Of a stretch of DNA of 64,000 bases, positions 30,899-42,300 are shown piece after piece; positions within the stretch are counted from its first letter, which is position 1, and each line of letters begins with the position of its first letter. The translations under genes were made by a program, and so were the position numbers. The stretch is from a virus. Below the pieces are notes generated by a model. It was given only the letters and a program-made list of their open reading frames with translations. It did no database searches and was not told the origin of the DNA. The stretch lies in the IMG/VR virus record IMGVR_UViG_3300021185_003351, positions 32,001 through 96,000 of that record. One strand, given 5' to 3'.

Positions 30899-30960
30899 AT
30901 TGTTGTAGGCCGAAAGGAAGTAGGCATATACACGGCATAGTGTATGTATCTAACCACAAT
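30899..30960 (+). ncRNA. Candidate structured RNA (three-way junction) in a 5' leader
   Basis: Closing stem ATTGT/ACAAT, a CC-GAAA-GG GNRA hairpin, and a 13-position hairpin (30921-33 with 30940-52). GC-rich relative to its surroundings. Confidence 0.6.
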
Positions 30961-30976
30961 AAATTAAAGGACATAT

Positions 30977-33442
30977 ATGCCAAATTGGAAAAAGGTCGTT
31001 GTATCTGGAAGTGCGGCCAATCTACATTCTTTAAACGTATCAACTGATGTCACTGCATCAAATATAAGTTCTAGCGGCAATATATTCGGAAATTTATCTG
31101 AAAACTCATCCACATCATTTAAAACAGTTGTAGTAGATCCATCTACGGGTCAATTTTATAGAACAGGTTCATATGGCACCGGCGGTGGAGGCGGAGGAGG
31201 AAGTGCATTCCCATTTACTGGAGATGCTCAAATAACAGGATCATTAATAGTATCAGGAGCATTACAATTAGATTATAATGGTAATGACAATATAATTATA
31301 GGTTCTGGTTCTGGAGAAGTATTAGACTCTGGAACAAATAATATTATATTTGGTAATAATGCAGCAACTAGTTTAACTACAGGAGGTAGCAATTTAATAA
31401 TAGGTCATAGAGCTGGAAAAAGTACAGCATTAAATCAAGAAAGTGGAAATACTCTTATAGGTATAGGTGCAGGTGAAGATGGAACTTATGATGCAAATTA
31501 TGGATCTAATACATTTATAGGATATAATGCTGGTAAAAGTTCTGCAGCAATGTATAGCACATTTGTGGGATCTGGAGTAGGACAAGGAACTACTAGTTTT
31601 AGTGTTGCCATGGGAGCAAATGGAACTTTATCCTGTACAGCTGCCCAATCTGTTGCATTAGGATATGGTAGTCAAACAAATGGTACCAATAATTACAATG
31701 TATCTCTAGGTACATCAGCTATGCGATCAGGTAATGGTGGATCTCTAAACCAATATAATGTTGCATTAGGATATCAAGCTCAATACACAAGTTATAGACT
31801 TAACAATTCTATTTCAATTGGTGCTAAAGCAGCCTATGGAACAAGTTATGCAAAAGATGATATTTTTATAGGACATGAAGCAGTTTATAGTTATGTAGGA
31901 AATACTACAGGTCGTAATCTTATCATCGGATACCAAGCGGGATATGATTTAGGAGATGCAAGTACACATAATATTTTAATTGGAGAGGGAGTAGGAGCAG
32001 AAAATGTAGTTCTAGAAAAACAATTAAAAATAGGATCTGGATCTTTAATAACAATATCAGCTTCACTAGCAACAGGTGACATAATATTCCCAAGCACGGC
32101 ATCAGCAGACTATTTTGTAGGTGATGGATCTCAATTAACAAATTTACCAGCAGCATCTGCAGGATCAACAGCAGGTAGAGTAGTATTCACAACTACCAAT
32201 GGAGAATTAACTTCTGAAACTGGATTTACATATGATGCAACTACTGACAGATTAACAGTACCTAATTTAACTACCACAACATTTACCGCATCATTTATAA
32301 CATCATCTACAATTGAAACCTCAGGTTCAAATATATTTGGAGATGAAGCTGGAGTAGATATTCAAACATTAATAGGTACTACTAAGATGACCGGTAGTGC
32401 TCAAATTACGGGTAATACACAAATAACAGGATCATTATTAGTAGCAGGAGCTAATTCTGGTATTGCTCCTACCACTTCATCTCTTAAAATAGATAGTAAT
32501 GGATATTTTTATCATTTAGGTAGATACGTTGGAAATGCAACAAATTTTGCAAATAACCAATCTAATACTGTTATAGGTAATAATATAACTAGTGATGGAG
32601 ATTATTACAATACCATAATAGGAGAATCAGCAGGAGTAGGTAGTACAACTAATCAAACCGCAATAGGTAGAGGAGCTATAGCAAATGTTGCAAGTAGTAC
32701 TGCTATTGGGTCTACATCTAAAGCTTACGGTGTTAAAAGTACAAGTATAGGAATGGGTGCTGGTAGTACAACATCAAAGGGTTTAAATATAGGCTACTAT
32801 GCAAGAGGAACTGGAGCAAAAAATATTGTTTTAAATGCTTCTGAAGGAACTGTTGGACCTACTAAAGCAAATACCTTTGGTATTTACATGACTGGTACTA
32901 GTCCTAACTTTGAAATTGAAGCAACAGGTTCATCAACACTATCCGGATCATCTTTCACAATAGAAAAATCAGGTTCAACAGTATTCGAAGTAATAGGATC
33001 AGAAGGTACATTATTTTCAGTAGACGATGATTTAGATGGAACTATATTTACAGCAAACGATAGAACAGGTCTTCCAGTACTAGAAGCATCAGCTTCAGGA
33101 GAAGTTTACATAGGAAAGAATCCACAATCTTTATATACTACAGCTGTTATAAGCTCCACTACCGCAGATGTAACACAATCATTGTATGGATTGGATACAA
33201 GTTCTTATGGAGGAGCCTTCTTTGATTATATAGCACATTCTGGGTCTAATGCACGGGGTGGAACAGTCTCATCTGTATGGACTCCTGGTGGATCTGTTGT
33301 GTTCTCAGAAACAACTACAACTCATATTGGAGACACATCCAATTTAAATTTAGTAGTACACTTTTCTCAAAGTCAAGCACAATTAGCTTGTTATGCAGAT
33401 ACATCTCAATACAATATTAAAGTTATAACACGAGCAATATAA
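30977..33442 (+). CDS. Fibre protein with trimeric autotransporter-head-like (YadA-type) repeats
   Basis: Repeats of about 14-16 aa (NxxIGxxAG, SxAIG, NVALGYQA) and an MPNWKKVVVSGS N-terminus. Confidence 0.7.
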   Translation: MPNWKKVVVSGSAANLHSLNVSTDVTASNISSSGNIFGNLSENSSTSFKTVVVDPSTGQFYRTGSYGTGGGGGGGSAFPFTGDAQITGSLIVSGALQLDYNGNDNIIIGSGSGEVLDSGTNNIIFGNNAATSLTTGGSNLIIGHRAGKSTALNQESGNTLIGIGAGEDGTYDANYGSNTFIGYNAGKSSAAMYSTFVGSGVGQGTTSFSVAMGANGTLSCTAAQSVALGYGSQTNGTNNYNVSLGTSAMRSGNGGSLNQYNVALGYQAQYTSYRLNNSISIGAKAAYGTSYAKDDIFIGHEAVYSYVGNTTGRNLIIGYQAGYDLGDASTHNILIGEGVGAENVVLEKQLKIGSGSLITISASLATGDIIFPSTASADYFVGDGSQLTNLPAASAGSTAGRVVFTTTNGELTSETGFTYDATTDRLTVPNLTTTTFTASFITSSTIETSGSNIFGDEAGVDIQTLIGTTKMTGSAQITGNTQITGSLLVAGANSGIAPTTSSLKIDSNGYFYHLGRYVGNATNFANNQSNTVIGNNITSDGDYYNTIIGESAGVGSTTNQTAIGRGAIANVASSTAIGSTSKAYGVKSTSIGMGAGSTTSKGLNIGYYARGTGAKNIVLNASEGTVGPTKANTFGIYMTGTSPNFEIEATGSSTLSGSSFTIEKSGSTVFEVIGSEGTLFSVDDDLDGTIFTANDRTGLPVLEASASGEVYIGKNPQSLYTTAVISSTTADVTQSLYGLDTSSYGGAFFDYIAHSGSNARGGTVSSVWTPGGSVVFSETTTTHIGDTSNLNLVVHFSQSQAQLACYADTSQYNIKVITRAI

Positions 33443-34161
33443 TGGGAACAAGTTACTCTCCAAATATAGTAGAAGATGGATTAATATTTCAAGTAGATGC
33501 TGCAAATCAAAGATCATATCCTGGGAGTGGCACTACTGCTACTGATTTAAAAGGTCCGGCAGAAGGAACTTTATCCGCTGGAGCTAGTTTTAATTCTATA
33601 AACTTAGGAGCATTTCAATTCGATGGAATAGACGATCAATTGAATTTTGGGAATGCCGTATCAACTAATATTGCTAATGGTGAAGATTTAACTATAGATG
33701 CATGGATACGATATACTAGTGATACTGGCGGAGAATCTCAATATCCTATGATTTTTACTAGAAGAAGATCAGTTCAAAATCAATCATCTCTAACTAATTA
33801 TTATCTTTATTTACTCGACTCAACAACTTCCGGTGAGAGATCAATTAGATTCTTCACATCTTATACAGATGGAAATATTACTAGTGATCAAACTGTAAAA
33901 ATTAATACTTGGACTCATATATCAGTAACTTGTCAATCTGGACTTAATAATGGAACCTTTATGTATAAAGATACAGAACAAGTAGCTAATTTTAGAGCTG
34001 ATACTGCGGGAGCATCTAATTGTACTACAATAATAGGCGATTCTCCATATTCAAGTAACAATTTTCCAGGTCAAATAGCTAATGTAAAATTATATAATCG
34101 TGCTCTTTCGACTCAAGAAGTTAAACAAAATTACAATGCAATGAAAGCGAGGTTTAGATAA
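33442..34161 (+). CDS. LamG/concanavalin A-like lectin domain protein 1
   Basis: GLIFQVDAAN..SYPG, FDGIDD, TIDAWI, WTHI and LYNRALS..EV.QNYNA motifs. Confidence 0.85.
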   Translation: MGTSYSPNIVEDGLIFQVDAANQRSYPGSGTTATDLKGPAEGTLSAGASFNSINLGAFQFDGIDDQLNFGNAVSTNIANGEDLTIDAWIRYTSDTGGESQYPMIFTRRRSVQNQSSLTNYYLYLLDSTTSGERSIRFFTSYTDGNITSDQTVKINTWTHISVTCQSGLNNGTFMYKDTEQVANFRADTAGASNCTTIIGDSPYSSNNFPGQIANVKLYNRALSTQEVKQNYNAMKARFR

Positions 34162-34901
34162 TGGGTATAAGAAGAGGTTCTATATCAACTCCAATCATAT
34201 CGGATGGGCTAGTATTCAATATGGATGCTGCAAATAGGGCAAGTACTATGCCTAATACCGATACTACAACAACATTTAATACTGTAGATACTTCTATATT
34301 TGGTTCTATAATAACAGATGGTACTTGGGAAGCTGGACCACCGTTGGCTTTCGATTTTGATGGTAGCGATGGACATATACAGTTTGGTGTTCTTTCTTTT
34401 ATACGAAATGTTTCTGAATTTACTATTTCATTATGGGTTCAAATAAGTAATTTAACTAGTAATTATAGATTTTTTGGAAGTAGACAATCTAGTTCTCCAT
34501 ATGATGGTCTAGGTAGTGAAACTGGTAGCGGTGGTATGGCCGGAAAATTATTTTTTTATTCAATGGGTAATAATCAAGCATTTCCGGCAGTTGGTATAAC
34601 CATGGCTAATGAGGGAATAACTGCAAATAACTGGTTTTTATTTACATGTAGATATGGAAATTCTACACAAGAAATATTTGTAAATGGAAATCCCACAACA
34701 GTAACTCAAGGAAGCACAACAACTAATGTAGCAAGTACCACCGATAATAATTCTACAAATTTTTTGATAGGCGGAGATTCGATAAATTCAGCCGGAAAAT
34801 TAAATGGTAAAATAGGAAATTTTCAAATTTACAACCGTGCCTTATCAGCAACAGAAATCCTACACAACTACAATGCTTTAAAAGGAAGATTTGGGTTATG
34901 A
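34161..34901 (+). CDS. LamG-like lectin domain protein 2
   Basis: GLVFNMDAAN, FDFDG, FTISLWV and IYNRALS motifs. Confidence 0.85.
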   Translation: MGIRRGSISTPIISDGLVFNMDAANRASTMPNTDTTTTFNTVDTSIFGSIITDGTWEAGPPLAFDFDGSDGHIQFGVLSFIRNVSEFTISLWVQISNLTSNYRFFGSRQSSSPYDGLGSETGSGGMAGKLFFYSMGNNQAFPAVGITMANEGITANNWFLFTCRYGNSTQEIFVNGNPTTVTQGSTTTNVASTTDNNSTNFLIGGDSINSAGKLNGKIGNFQIYNRALSATEILHNYNALKGRFGL

Positions 34902-35626
34902 AAATAGGTAGCATAACAACAGGTATTATAGCGGATGGGCTAGTATTCAATATGGATGCGGCAAATAGAGCAAGTTATCCTAAAACTGGTACTACTGTTA
35001 CTGATACTATAGATTATGATATAAATACTAATAACACAGGGACATTTAGTAATAATAACAGTAGTACATTCTTTAGTACAGATAAGGGTGGAATATTTCT
35101 TTTTGATGGAATAGATGATTATATAACAGTTAATGGAAGTACTAATTCTGGACTAAATAGACCAGGAATAACAAACCAAATAACATTAGAAGCCTGGTGT
35201 TATACTAGAACTTTTAATAATAATTATGAAAGAATAATAGCACGAAGAATAGTAAATACTCCTTTACCTTATATGTTTGGATTTCATACTGTGTCAGGTA
35301 ATAAATATGATCTTTATTTAAGTGGTAACAGTAGTTATGGGCCTGCATCTTTAAACTCTACTACTAACGTAATATTAAATGAGTGGGTACATTTTGTAGG
35401 TACTTCTGATAATTCTACAAGAAAAATATATTTAAATGGAGTATTAGATAACTCAGATTCATATTCATCTGGGATATTTTCTACAGATATAAATCTTCAA
35501 ATAGGAGCCCAATTAAGCGGTTACAATTATAATGGAGATATAGGTGCTGTTAGAATATATGATCGCGCCTTATCAGCAAACGAAGTTTTACGCAACTACA
35601 ATGCTTTAAAAGGAAGATTCGAATAA
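34898..35626 (+). CDS. LamG-like lectin domain protein 3
   Basis: FDGIDDY, ITLEAW, WVHFVGT, IYLNG and IYDRALS motifs. Confidence 0.87.
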   Translation: MKIGSITTGIIADGLVFNMDAANRASYPKTGTTVTDTIDYDINTNNTGTFSNNNSSTFFSTDKGGIFLFDGIDDYITVNGSTNSGLNRPGITNQITLEAWCYTRTFNNNYERIIARRIVNTPLPYMFGFHTVSGNKYDLYLSGNSSYGPASLNSTTNVILNEWVHFVGTSDNSTRKIYLNGVLDNSDSYSSGIFSTDINLQIGAQLSGYNYNGDIGAVRIYDRALSANEVLRNYNALKGRFE

Positions 35627-36351
35627 TGGGATTAGCACACGGAACAAATATAGTAAAAGATGGATTAGTATTTTATATGGACGCTATGAATTTAAGAACA
35701 TGGTCTGGTCCTCCTTCATATTCAGTAAATTCATTAGTAGGAAGTGTAACGGGATCTATTTTTAATGATACCTCTGGCAGTTTTGGAAATAGAAATAGTT
35801 TTGATTTTGATGGAACTGATGATCGTATAACAACGAATATAACTGGAAATGCTCTATTAGGAAGTAACAACCCATATACTTTTTCAGCTTGGATTAAACC
35901 ATCAAACCCTGGAAGTTCATCAACCCAAGCAATTTTTGGAGGATATAGCCATTGGTCAAACTTTCATTTTTTTGGATTTTTTGTTAAAAATGGTTATGCT
36001 GGCTATTATTATTCTGGTGGCGGTGGTTTATGGGGTCCAAAGTGGGATACAGCAGCAGATACTCCTGTAACAGAAAATGTTTGGCAAAATATTACTTATA
36101 CTTGGACTGGTACTACTGACCAAACAAGAAAAATTTATATAAATAATGTTTTAAAAAAAACTCAAACTGAATCTGGTGGAGGTGGTATAGTAAGTGCGGT
36201 TTTAATGAATGTAGGATCTTTTAGATATATGTCCCAAAATAATTCACATTTTCAAGGTGATATAGGACCAATACAATTATTTAATAGAGCATTATCAACT
36301 CAAGAACTTATCCAAAACTACAACGCATTAAAAGGTAGATTTAGTTTATAA
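35626..36351 (+). CDS. LamG-like lectin domain protein 4
   Basis: FDFDGTDD, YTFSAWIKP, WQNITYT and FNRALS motifs. Confidence 0.85.
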   Translation: MGLAHGTNIVKDGLVFYMDAMNLRTWSGPPSYSVNSLVGSVTGSIFNDTSGSFGNRNSFDFDGTDDRITTNITGNALLGSNNPYTFSAWIKPSNPGSSSTQAIFGGYSHWSNFHFFGFFVKNGYAGYYYSGGGGLWGPKWDTAADTPVTENVWQNITYTWTGTTDQTRKIYINNVLKKTQTESGGGGIVSAVLMNVGSFRYMSQNNSHFQGDIGPIQLFNRALSTQELIQNYNALKGRFSL

Positions 36352-36398
36352 TCATATTTATATTAAAGTACTTTTTGGATAGGGAAAAAAAGAACTAG

Positions 36399-39071
36399 AT
36401 GGCAAACGAATTCATAATAAAACACGGCTTTCTCTCGAAAGGCAATTCTCAAGTAACGGGATCATTAGGCATCTCCGGCTCGGTTGATATTAGTCTTCCT
36501 TCAGGTTCTGCATTTTCTATTAACGAACCAGATAATGACCAACAAGGAAGATTAGATTTTTCATTTACACAAGGTGATCCAGTATTAGAAATAGGAAGTA
36601 GATCTAATATAGCTTATTTAAATTTAAGAAAAGGCTTTACTGGAGATGCTTTTAAAATTGGTAGTGACGGAACTTTTGCAGTAGATGGAACAACTACAAT
36701 TCAATTAAATTCGTCTCAATTTAAACCAAATGCAACTAATACTATTGATTTAGGAGTATTTAATAGAAGATTTAAAGATGTATTTTTATATAATGGGGCT
36801 AAATTAGGCTGGAGTGCTAATACATCTGCAGATCTAGTTGCTTTAAAACATATTGTAGGAACTAATACTTTACAAGTAACAGGATCATCAGATATAATAT
36901 TAGATGTAAAAGGAGTAGTATCAGCTAGTAAATTCACAGCAAACTCTGGAAGTTCAGCAACTTTACCTGGATATTCATTTCATCATGCATCTGGAACTGG
37001 ATTATATTCTCAAGCAGCTGGATATCTTCAATTACAAGTTAATGGTGGCGGATCGCCAGAATTTGAATTAACTACAGGTCAAGCATTATTTAGAGTACCT
37101 ATATCATTAAACAACAATGAATTATACAATGTTAGTAGAATACGTAATCTATCAAGTATAACAGGATCTAATTCTGGAAACACTTTAAATGTATCTGCTT
37201 CATTAGATTTAGTTGGAGATTTATCTATAAGTAAAACAACTGGTACTGGTGCACCAGGCACAGGAACAACTCATTCAATAGCAGTAACTGTTTCAAATCC
37301 AGGAAGTGGTAATAAATATTATTTAGATAATGTATTAACTGATTCAATAGTAATGAATGCTGGTGATGCTTATAAATTTGATCAATCAGCTGCTAGCAAC
37401 AGTACACATCCATTTAGACTTTCAACAGGTACAGATGGATCAGGTACAGCTCCATATGAAGTAGGAGTAACATATGGTGTAGGATCACCAGGAAATGCAA
37501 ATGCATATACTCAAATATCAGTTACCACATCAACAACAGCCCCATTATATTATTATTGCACTCAACATGGTGGAATGGGAGGTTCCGGACAATTAACAGT
37601 TGATTCTGGTTCATTAAATCCAATGGCTGGATTTGCTAATATTACTGGATCTACAAATTTAACTGGATCATTAAATTTAGCAGATAATACAAAATTAAAA
37701 CTAGGAGATTCTGGTGATTTAGAAATTTATCATGACGGTAGTAATAGTTATATAGATGAAGTAGGTACAGGAGCATTATTTTATAGAGGTGGTACACAAA
37801 CATTTCAAAATGCAACTGGTACCAAAACGATGTTAACCTTAAATGCTGCATCTTCTGTAGATTTAAGATTTAACAATTTAACAAAATTATCCACAACAAA
37901 TACCGGTATTTCTGTTACAGGCGAAATTACCGCATCCGGAGCTATTAGTTCAAGTGGCATTATATCAATGGCAACTGCTTCTATTGGTGGAGGATTGTTT
38001 ACATCTGCTTCATTAGCTGCAGGAGGAGGAGGAACTACAGTAGTTGCTAATCCAGGTGGATCTCCAGGAACAGCATTATCAACAATTACAATAGGAGCAT
38101 CTGATTTTTCTGTTGGCGGAGGATCTGGATTTCCATTTGCAGGCGATGGAGTTATATCAGGATCATTATTAATATCGAGTTCTAATGCAGGTGGGGTATC
38201 TACCGCATCAATGACTTTGCAAGGTTCTGGTTCAACAATATTTGAAATACAAGGTTCTCAAGGCCAATTATTTTCAGTTACTGATGATTTAATACACGAT
38301 GTATTTAATGTTTCAGACATATCAGGAGACACATTATTAAAAGTTTCAGGGTCAGGTTTAGTCGAAGTTCCAATAGGACCAATAAGCTCTTCAGGATTAT
38401 TATTTATATCAGCATCAGAAAATGCAGGACAAAGCACATATAAAACATTGGTGCAAGATCCAGCAACCGGAAGAATTTATCATACTGGTTCTTATGGCAC
38501 TGGAGGCGGAGCTGGTGGTGGAGATACATACACCCTACAAGCAGAAGCTAAAAGTGGCACATCTGTACCTTTAAAATTAGACGCAGCTTCTGGAACAGAC
38601 TCTACTGTAAACTTAACAGAAGGCTCAAATATTACATTAACTAGAAATAGTGCAAACCAAATAACCATAGCTAGTGCAGCCGGCGGTGGAGGAGGCGAAT
38701 GGAAAGATTTAGGAACTACTATTACTTCTTCAAAAGATGTTCAAATAACAGGTTCATTAGTAGCTTCTGGATCAGTAGTTAATTTTGCATCTGCATCATC
38801 CGTTATATTACCTGCAGAAACAGTACCATTAATTAATCCTAAAGTAGAATATTTTACAATTTCAGAAATAACTGCTTCTGGAACTACAGTACCATTACCT
38901 AATTCATTAACGTTTGTATCTTCATCCGCATTTGAGTACTTGGAAATATTTATAAATGGATTAAGGTTACGTTATGATATAGATTTTGCACCAATGTCTA
39001 CTAGCACAATAAAATATTTTGTAACAATACCAAGTGGATCTGAAGTCACATATAAATCATTAAGGAGATAG
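36399..39071 (+). CDS. Mosaic fibre protein with a cupredoxin-like domain
   Basis: Fibre beta repeats, HPFRLS...LYYYCTQHGGMG, and a C-terminal LEIFING domain. Confidence 0.7.
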   Translation: MANEFIIKHGFLSKGNSQVTGSLGISGSVDISLPSGSAFSINEPDNDQQGRLDFSFTQGDPVLEIGSRSNIAYLNLRKGFTGDAFKIGSDGTFAVDGTTTIQLNSSQFKPNATNTIDLGVFNRRFKDVFLYNGAKLGWSANTSADLVALKHIVGTNTLQVTGSSDIILDVKGVVSASKFTANSGSSATLPGYSFHHASGTGLYSQAAGYLQLQVNGGGSPEFELTTGQALFRVPISLNNNELYNVSRIRNLSSITGSNSGNTLNVSASLDLVGDLSISKTTGTGAPGTGTTHSIAVTVSNPGSGNKYYLDNVLTDSIVMNAGDAYKFDQSAASNSTHPFRLSTGTDGSGTAPYEVGVTYGVGSPGNANAYTQISVTTSTTAPLYYYCTQHGGMGGSGQLTVDSGSLNPMAGFANITGSTNLTGSLNLADNTKLKLGDSGDLEIYHDGSNSYIDEVGTGALFYRGGTQTFQNATGTKTMLTLNAASSVDLRFNNLTKLSTTNTGISVTGEITASGAISSSGIISMATASIGGGLFTSASLAAGGGGTTVVANPGGSPGTALSTITIGASDFSVGGGSGFPFAGDGVISGSLLISSSNAGGVSTASMTLQGSGSTIFEIQGSQGQLFSVTDDLIHDVFNVSDISGDTLLKVSGSGLVEVPIGPISSSGLLFISASENAGQSTYKTLVQDPATGRIYHTGSYGTGGGAGGGDTYTLQAEAKSGTSVPLKLDAASGTDSTVNLTEGSNITLTRNSANQITIASAAGGGGGEWKDLGTTITSSKDVQITGSLVASGSVVNFASASSVILPAETVPLINPKVEYFTISEITASGTTVPLPNSLTFVSSSAFEYLEIFINGLRLRYDIDFAPMSTSTIKYFVTIPSGSEVTYKSLRR

Positions 39072-39074
39072 GCT

Positions 39075-39359
39075 ATGAACGAACAAGAATTATTAGATAG
39101 AATTTTAACATCATATAATATGACATTTATAGTATTTTTTAAAAATACAGATTTTGTAATAGATCATGATGCAAAAACTATTACAATGCCCGAGCAAACA
39201 TATACCAAAGAAAATATGCAAATATTAGTTGATGAAATGCAATCTAATATAAATTTGTATGAATCACAATGGGAGAACGAGAATGTTCCAGAAGAATATA
39301 AATCCACATTGCAATGGGTAAAAGAACAAGTAGAAATTTTTAAAGGATGGTTAGCATAA
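39075..39359 (+). CDS. Small acidic hypothetical protein
   Basis: 94-aa ORF with a TAAGGAG RBS. Confidence 0.6.
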   Translation: MNEQELLDRILTSYNMTFIVFFKNTDFVIDHDAKTITMPEQTYTKENMQILVDEMQSNINLYESQWENENVPEEYKSTLQWVKEQVEIFKGWLA

Positions 39360-39360
39360 T

Positions 39361-42300
39361 ATGGCAACAATAATTGCAAAATTAAATCCAGTCGATTCTA
39401 CATGGAATCCGTTAGATCCTAATAATTGGATAGGAGGAGTAGTTCCTGGTCCTGATGATATAGCACGTTTTTATACTTATACTACAAATGCAACTTATGA
39501 AACAGGTTATTATTATATAAATAAAAATCGAGGATATGGTAATAATGCGGTATATGATAGAAACCAATTTCACACAGCTATTGCATTTGGAAATGGACAA
39601 GGTGAAGGATTTTATACTAGAAGTTTTTGGGAACAAGAATATAGTAGAGATTTTTTTACAAGAAATTGGTCTGGATCATTTGATCCTACAGCTTCGGTTG
39701 CAGGAGCTGGATATAATTGGACACAAGGAAGTTCATATACATATGGATCGCCTGGAACATTTAATTCAAATAATTCATCGATATATACTCATTATGGCGA
39801 TTATTACGCTCAAACCGGCTACCAATATAAAGGTAGTTATAAATCTATGAATTTATATTATGACAATATATGGAACTACAACTACGGTTCGCCAAGAACA
39901 GACACTCCAGCATATGGCCCAATGTACTATAGATTTAAATGTTATGTATTCAGAGTAGAAAATTTGACATCTACGTCATTAACTATTGATGATGTTACTA
40001 TATCTGAAACAGACACTGAAACTTATGCAACTAAAAATCGTGCATTTGGAACAACAAAAGCTGCACATGCAGCTGCAAATCCAGGATCAGAAGTACTTAC
40101 AGATAGAATAGTAGATTTATTTACAGGTTCAGCGCTACATATTGATAATGGAGGAAAATGGCAAATTTGGGGGCCGCATAATGGAAGACAACCATATTAC
40201 AATAATAGAACTTATTTAAATAGTAACGACTTTTTTACTATTGCAATGTATACTAGTAGTGATAGTTATAGTCCTAGTGTTTCAGATACAAATTTATATA
40301 CAGCAAATTATTCAACAGCATTAGCCGGCAAATATCATTTAGGATTATTTACAGCTAGTGCCGCAGGAATAAATGACTCACTTTCAAAAATAGATTTTCC
40401 TTTAACTGTTATGGGTAATGGAGAGCCTGGAGTATATGCAACAGAAGGAACTTCTAGTTTTAGATTTTCAACTAGATTTGGAAATGAAGTTACTGCTAAA
40501 ACAGCTTCATATACAAACATAAATAATCAAAACGATCAAAATGGTGGATGGAGTTATTCTCAATATACAACTTCATCACACGGAGCCTCAGCTTTCCTTG
40601 AAGGTACTTTGCCATCATATTATAGCTGGCAAGGAGTTGGTCCTGGAAATTTAGGAAGAATTAGATGGAAACATGATGGAACGTACTCATATGACAAATT
40701 TTTAATTCATCCAACTGAAGATTATGATCCTAATAAACCTGGATCAAAACCCGGGCGTAGACAAGGCCAAGGTTTACGAATAGATCCAACATTTTCAACA
40801 TGGACTACAAGTTCTAGAATAACACATCCTATTTTTTCCAAACAACCATACACTTGGCTTGAAAATGGAAATATAGCAGGAAGTGAATTAGTTGGTGGTT
40901 ATGGTTATACCAATCATATGTATAAACAAGGTCAAATACAATATTGGGAATTAACTGGAAGTCAAGAATGGAATGTTGGTCGAATTGAAATGGGGCGGTT
41001 CACTCATTTTCATGTAAAAGATAATGCTCATATTGTATTACATGATATGCAAGGAGATTCCAATGGAACAAGTACAAGTCAAGCTCCAACTATTGATTTT
41101 GAAGATCATGGATTAAAATCTACATTATATATAACTGACGAAGCTACTATAGAAATTTCTTCTAGCAGAACAGCATATTGGAATAATGATGAAGCTGGAA
41201 TATATCTTCGAAGAAACAGTACATCTCTTATAATTTCAGGAGCAGCTAATTATTCATCTTCTAAACTAACAGAAAACGTATCTGCAGGAAGTTCAACATT
41301 ATCAATAGACAATTTATCAAATACATTTGCTCCTGGTGATATAATAAGTGTCCAATCAACAGCATCATTTAAACTTACATTTCCAGCAGCTAGAGAACAT
41401 TCTTTAGATTATGTAGATCAAAACGATCCTACTACATGGTATTCTGGATCATATGAAGAGATGTACCATAAATCATCCGGGGGTAGAAATGCAACGTACA
41501 TGAACGGCACTACCTTACCACCAGCTCATAAAGATTCTGTAGTTACAGCATTTGCTAGTTTTGAAAAACCTAGCGGCATGGAATTTGATAATCCTGTACA
41601 CACAGATGAAATAACAGTGATTGCAGCAACTTCATCAAATACTGCAACAATAAGAAAATTTTTCGGAAAAGAAGGAGAAATTCACCATGACATGGGGCTA
41701 TATAATAAGCAAGAATTTGTAGATACTTTTCCTTCGGGTGGAGCTCCAATATTTACAGGAGATAAGAGAGTTGTGCTTGTCGATAGTAATCATAAAAAAT
41801 TTGTATCTGGAGATCAATTAGAAATAAGCGGATCTGTATATACTGTATTACATAATACCACATATTTATCACAATCTTTATTTAGAGATTTTTCTAGGTC
41901 TGATAATCCTTCGTTAGATGATATGTTTTATATGAGACTCGAATCATTTTCCGGATCTTCTATATGGCCTATAGATGTTAACGCAGATGGCGTTATTAAT
42001 ACCAGTACCGAAGATGAAACTCATTTTGAACGTATTCATAAAAACAAACTATTAATAACAGGATCGTATCAAGGTTCAAGAGCAATGCTTGAAAGATATG
42101 GTAATATAGGCGTTCCTATGTTAAAAAATTCTGGCTCTAATAATGGTTATCAAGCATTACAAATTGATCCAACATTGTCCTACTACTGGCAACATTCAAT
42201 GAATCTAAACTATGATAATTTGAATAATGATTCATATAATTATCGATATAGATATTATGTAAACAATAATTATACAACGTGGTATGGAAGTGCTAATTAT

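Noticed and set aside
30899-30960. Assignment of the structured RNA to hammerhead or c-di-GMP riboswitch families
   Set aside because: It lacks the CUGANGA core and the c-di-GMP consensus as I recall them, so I left it unassigned.
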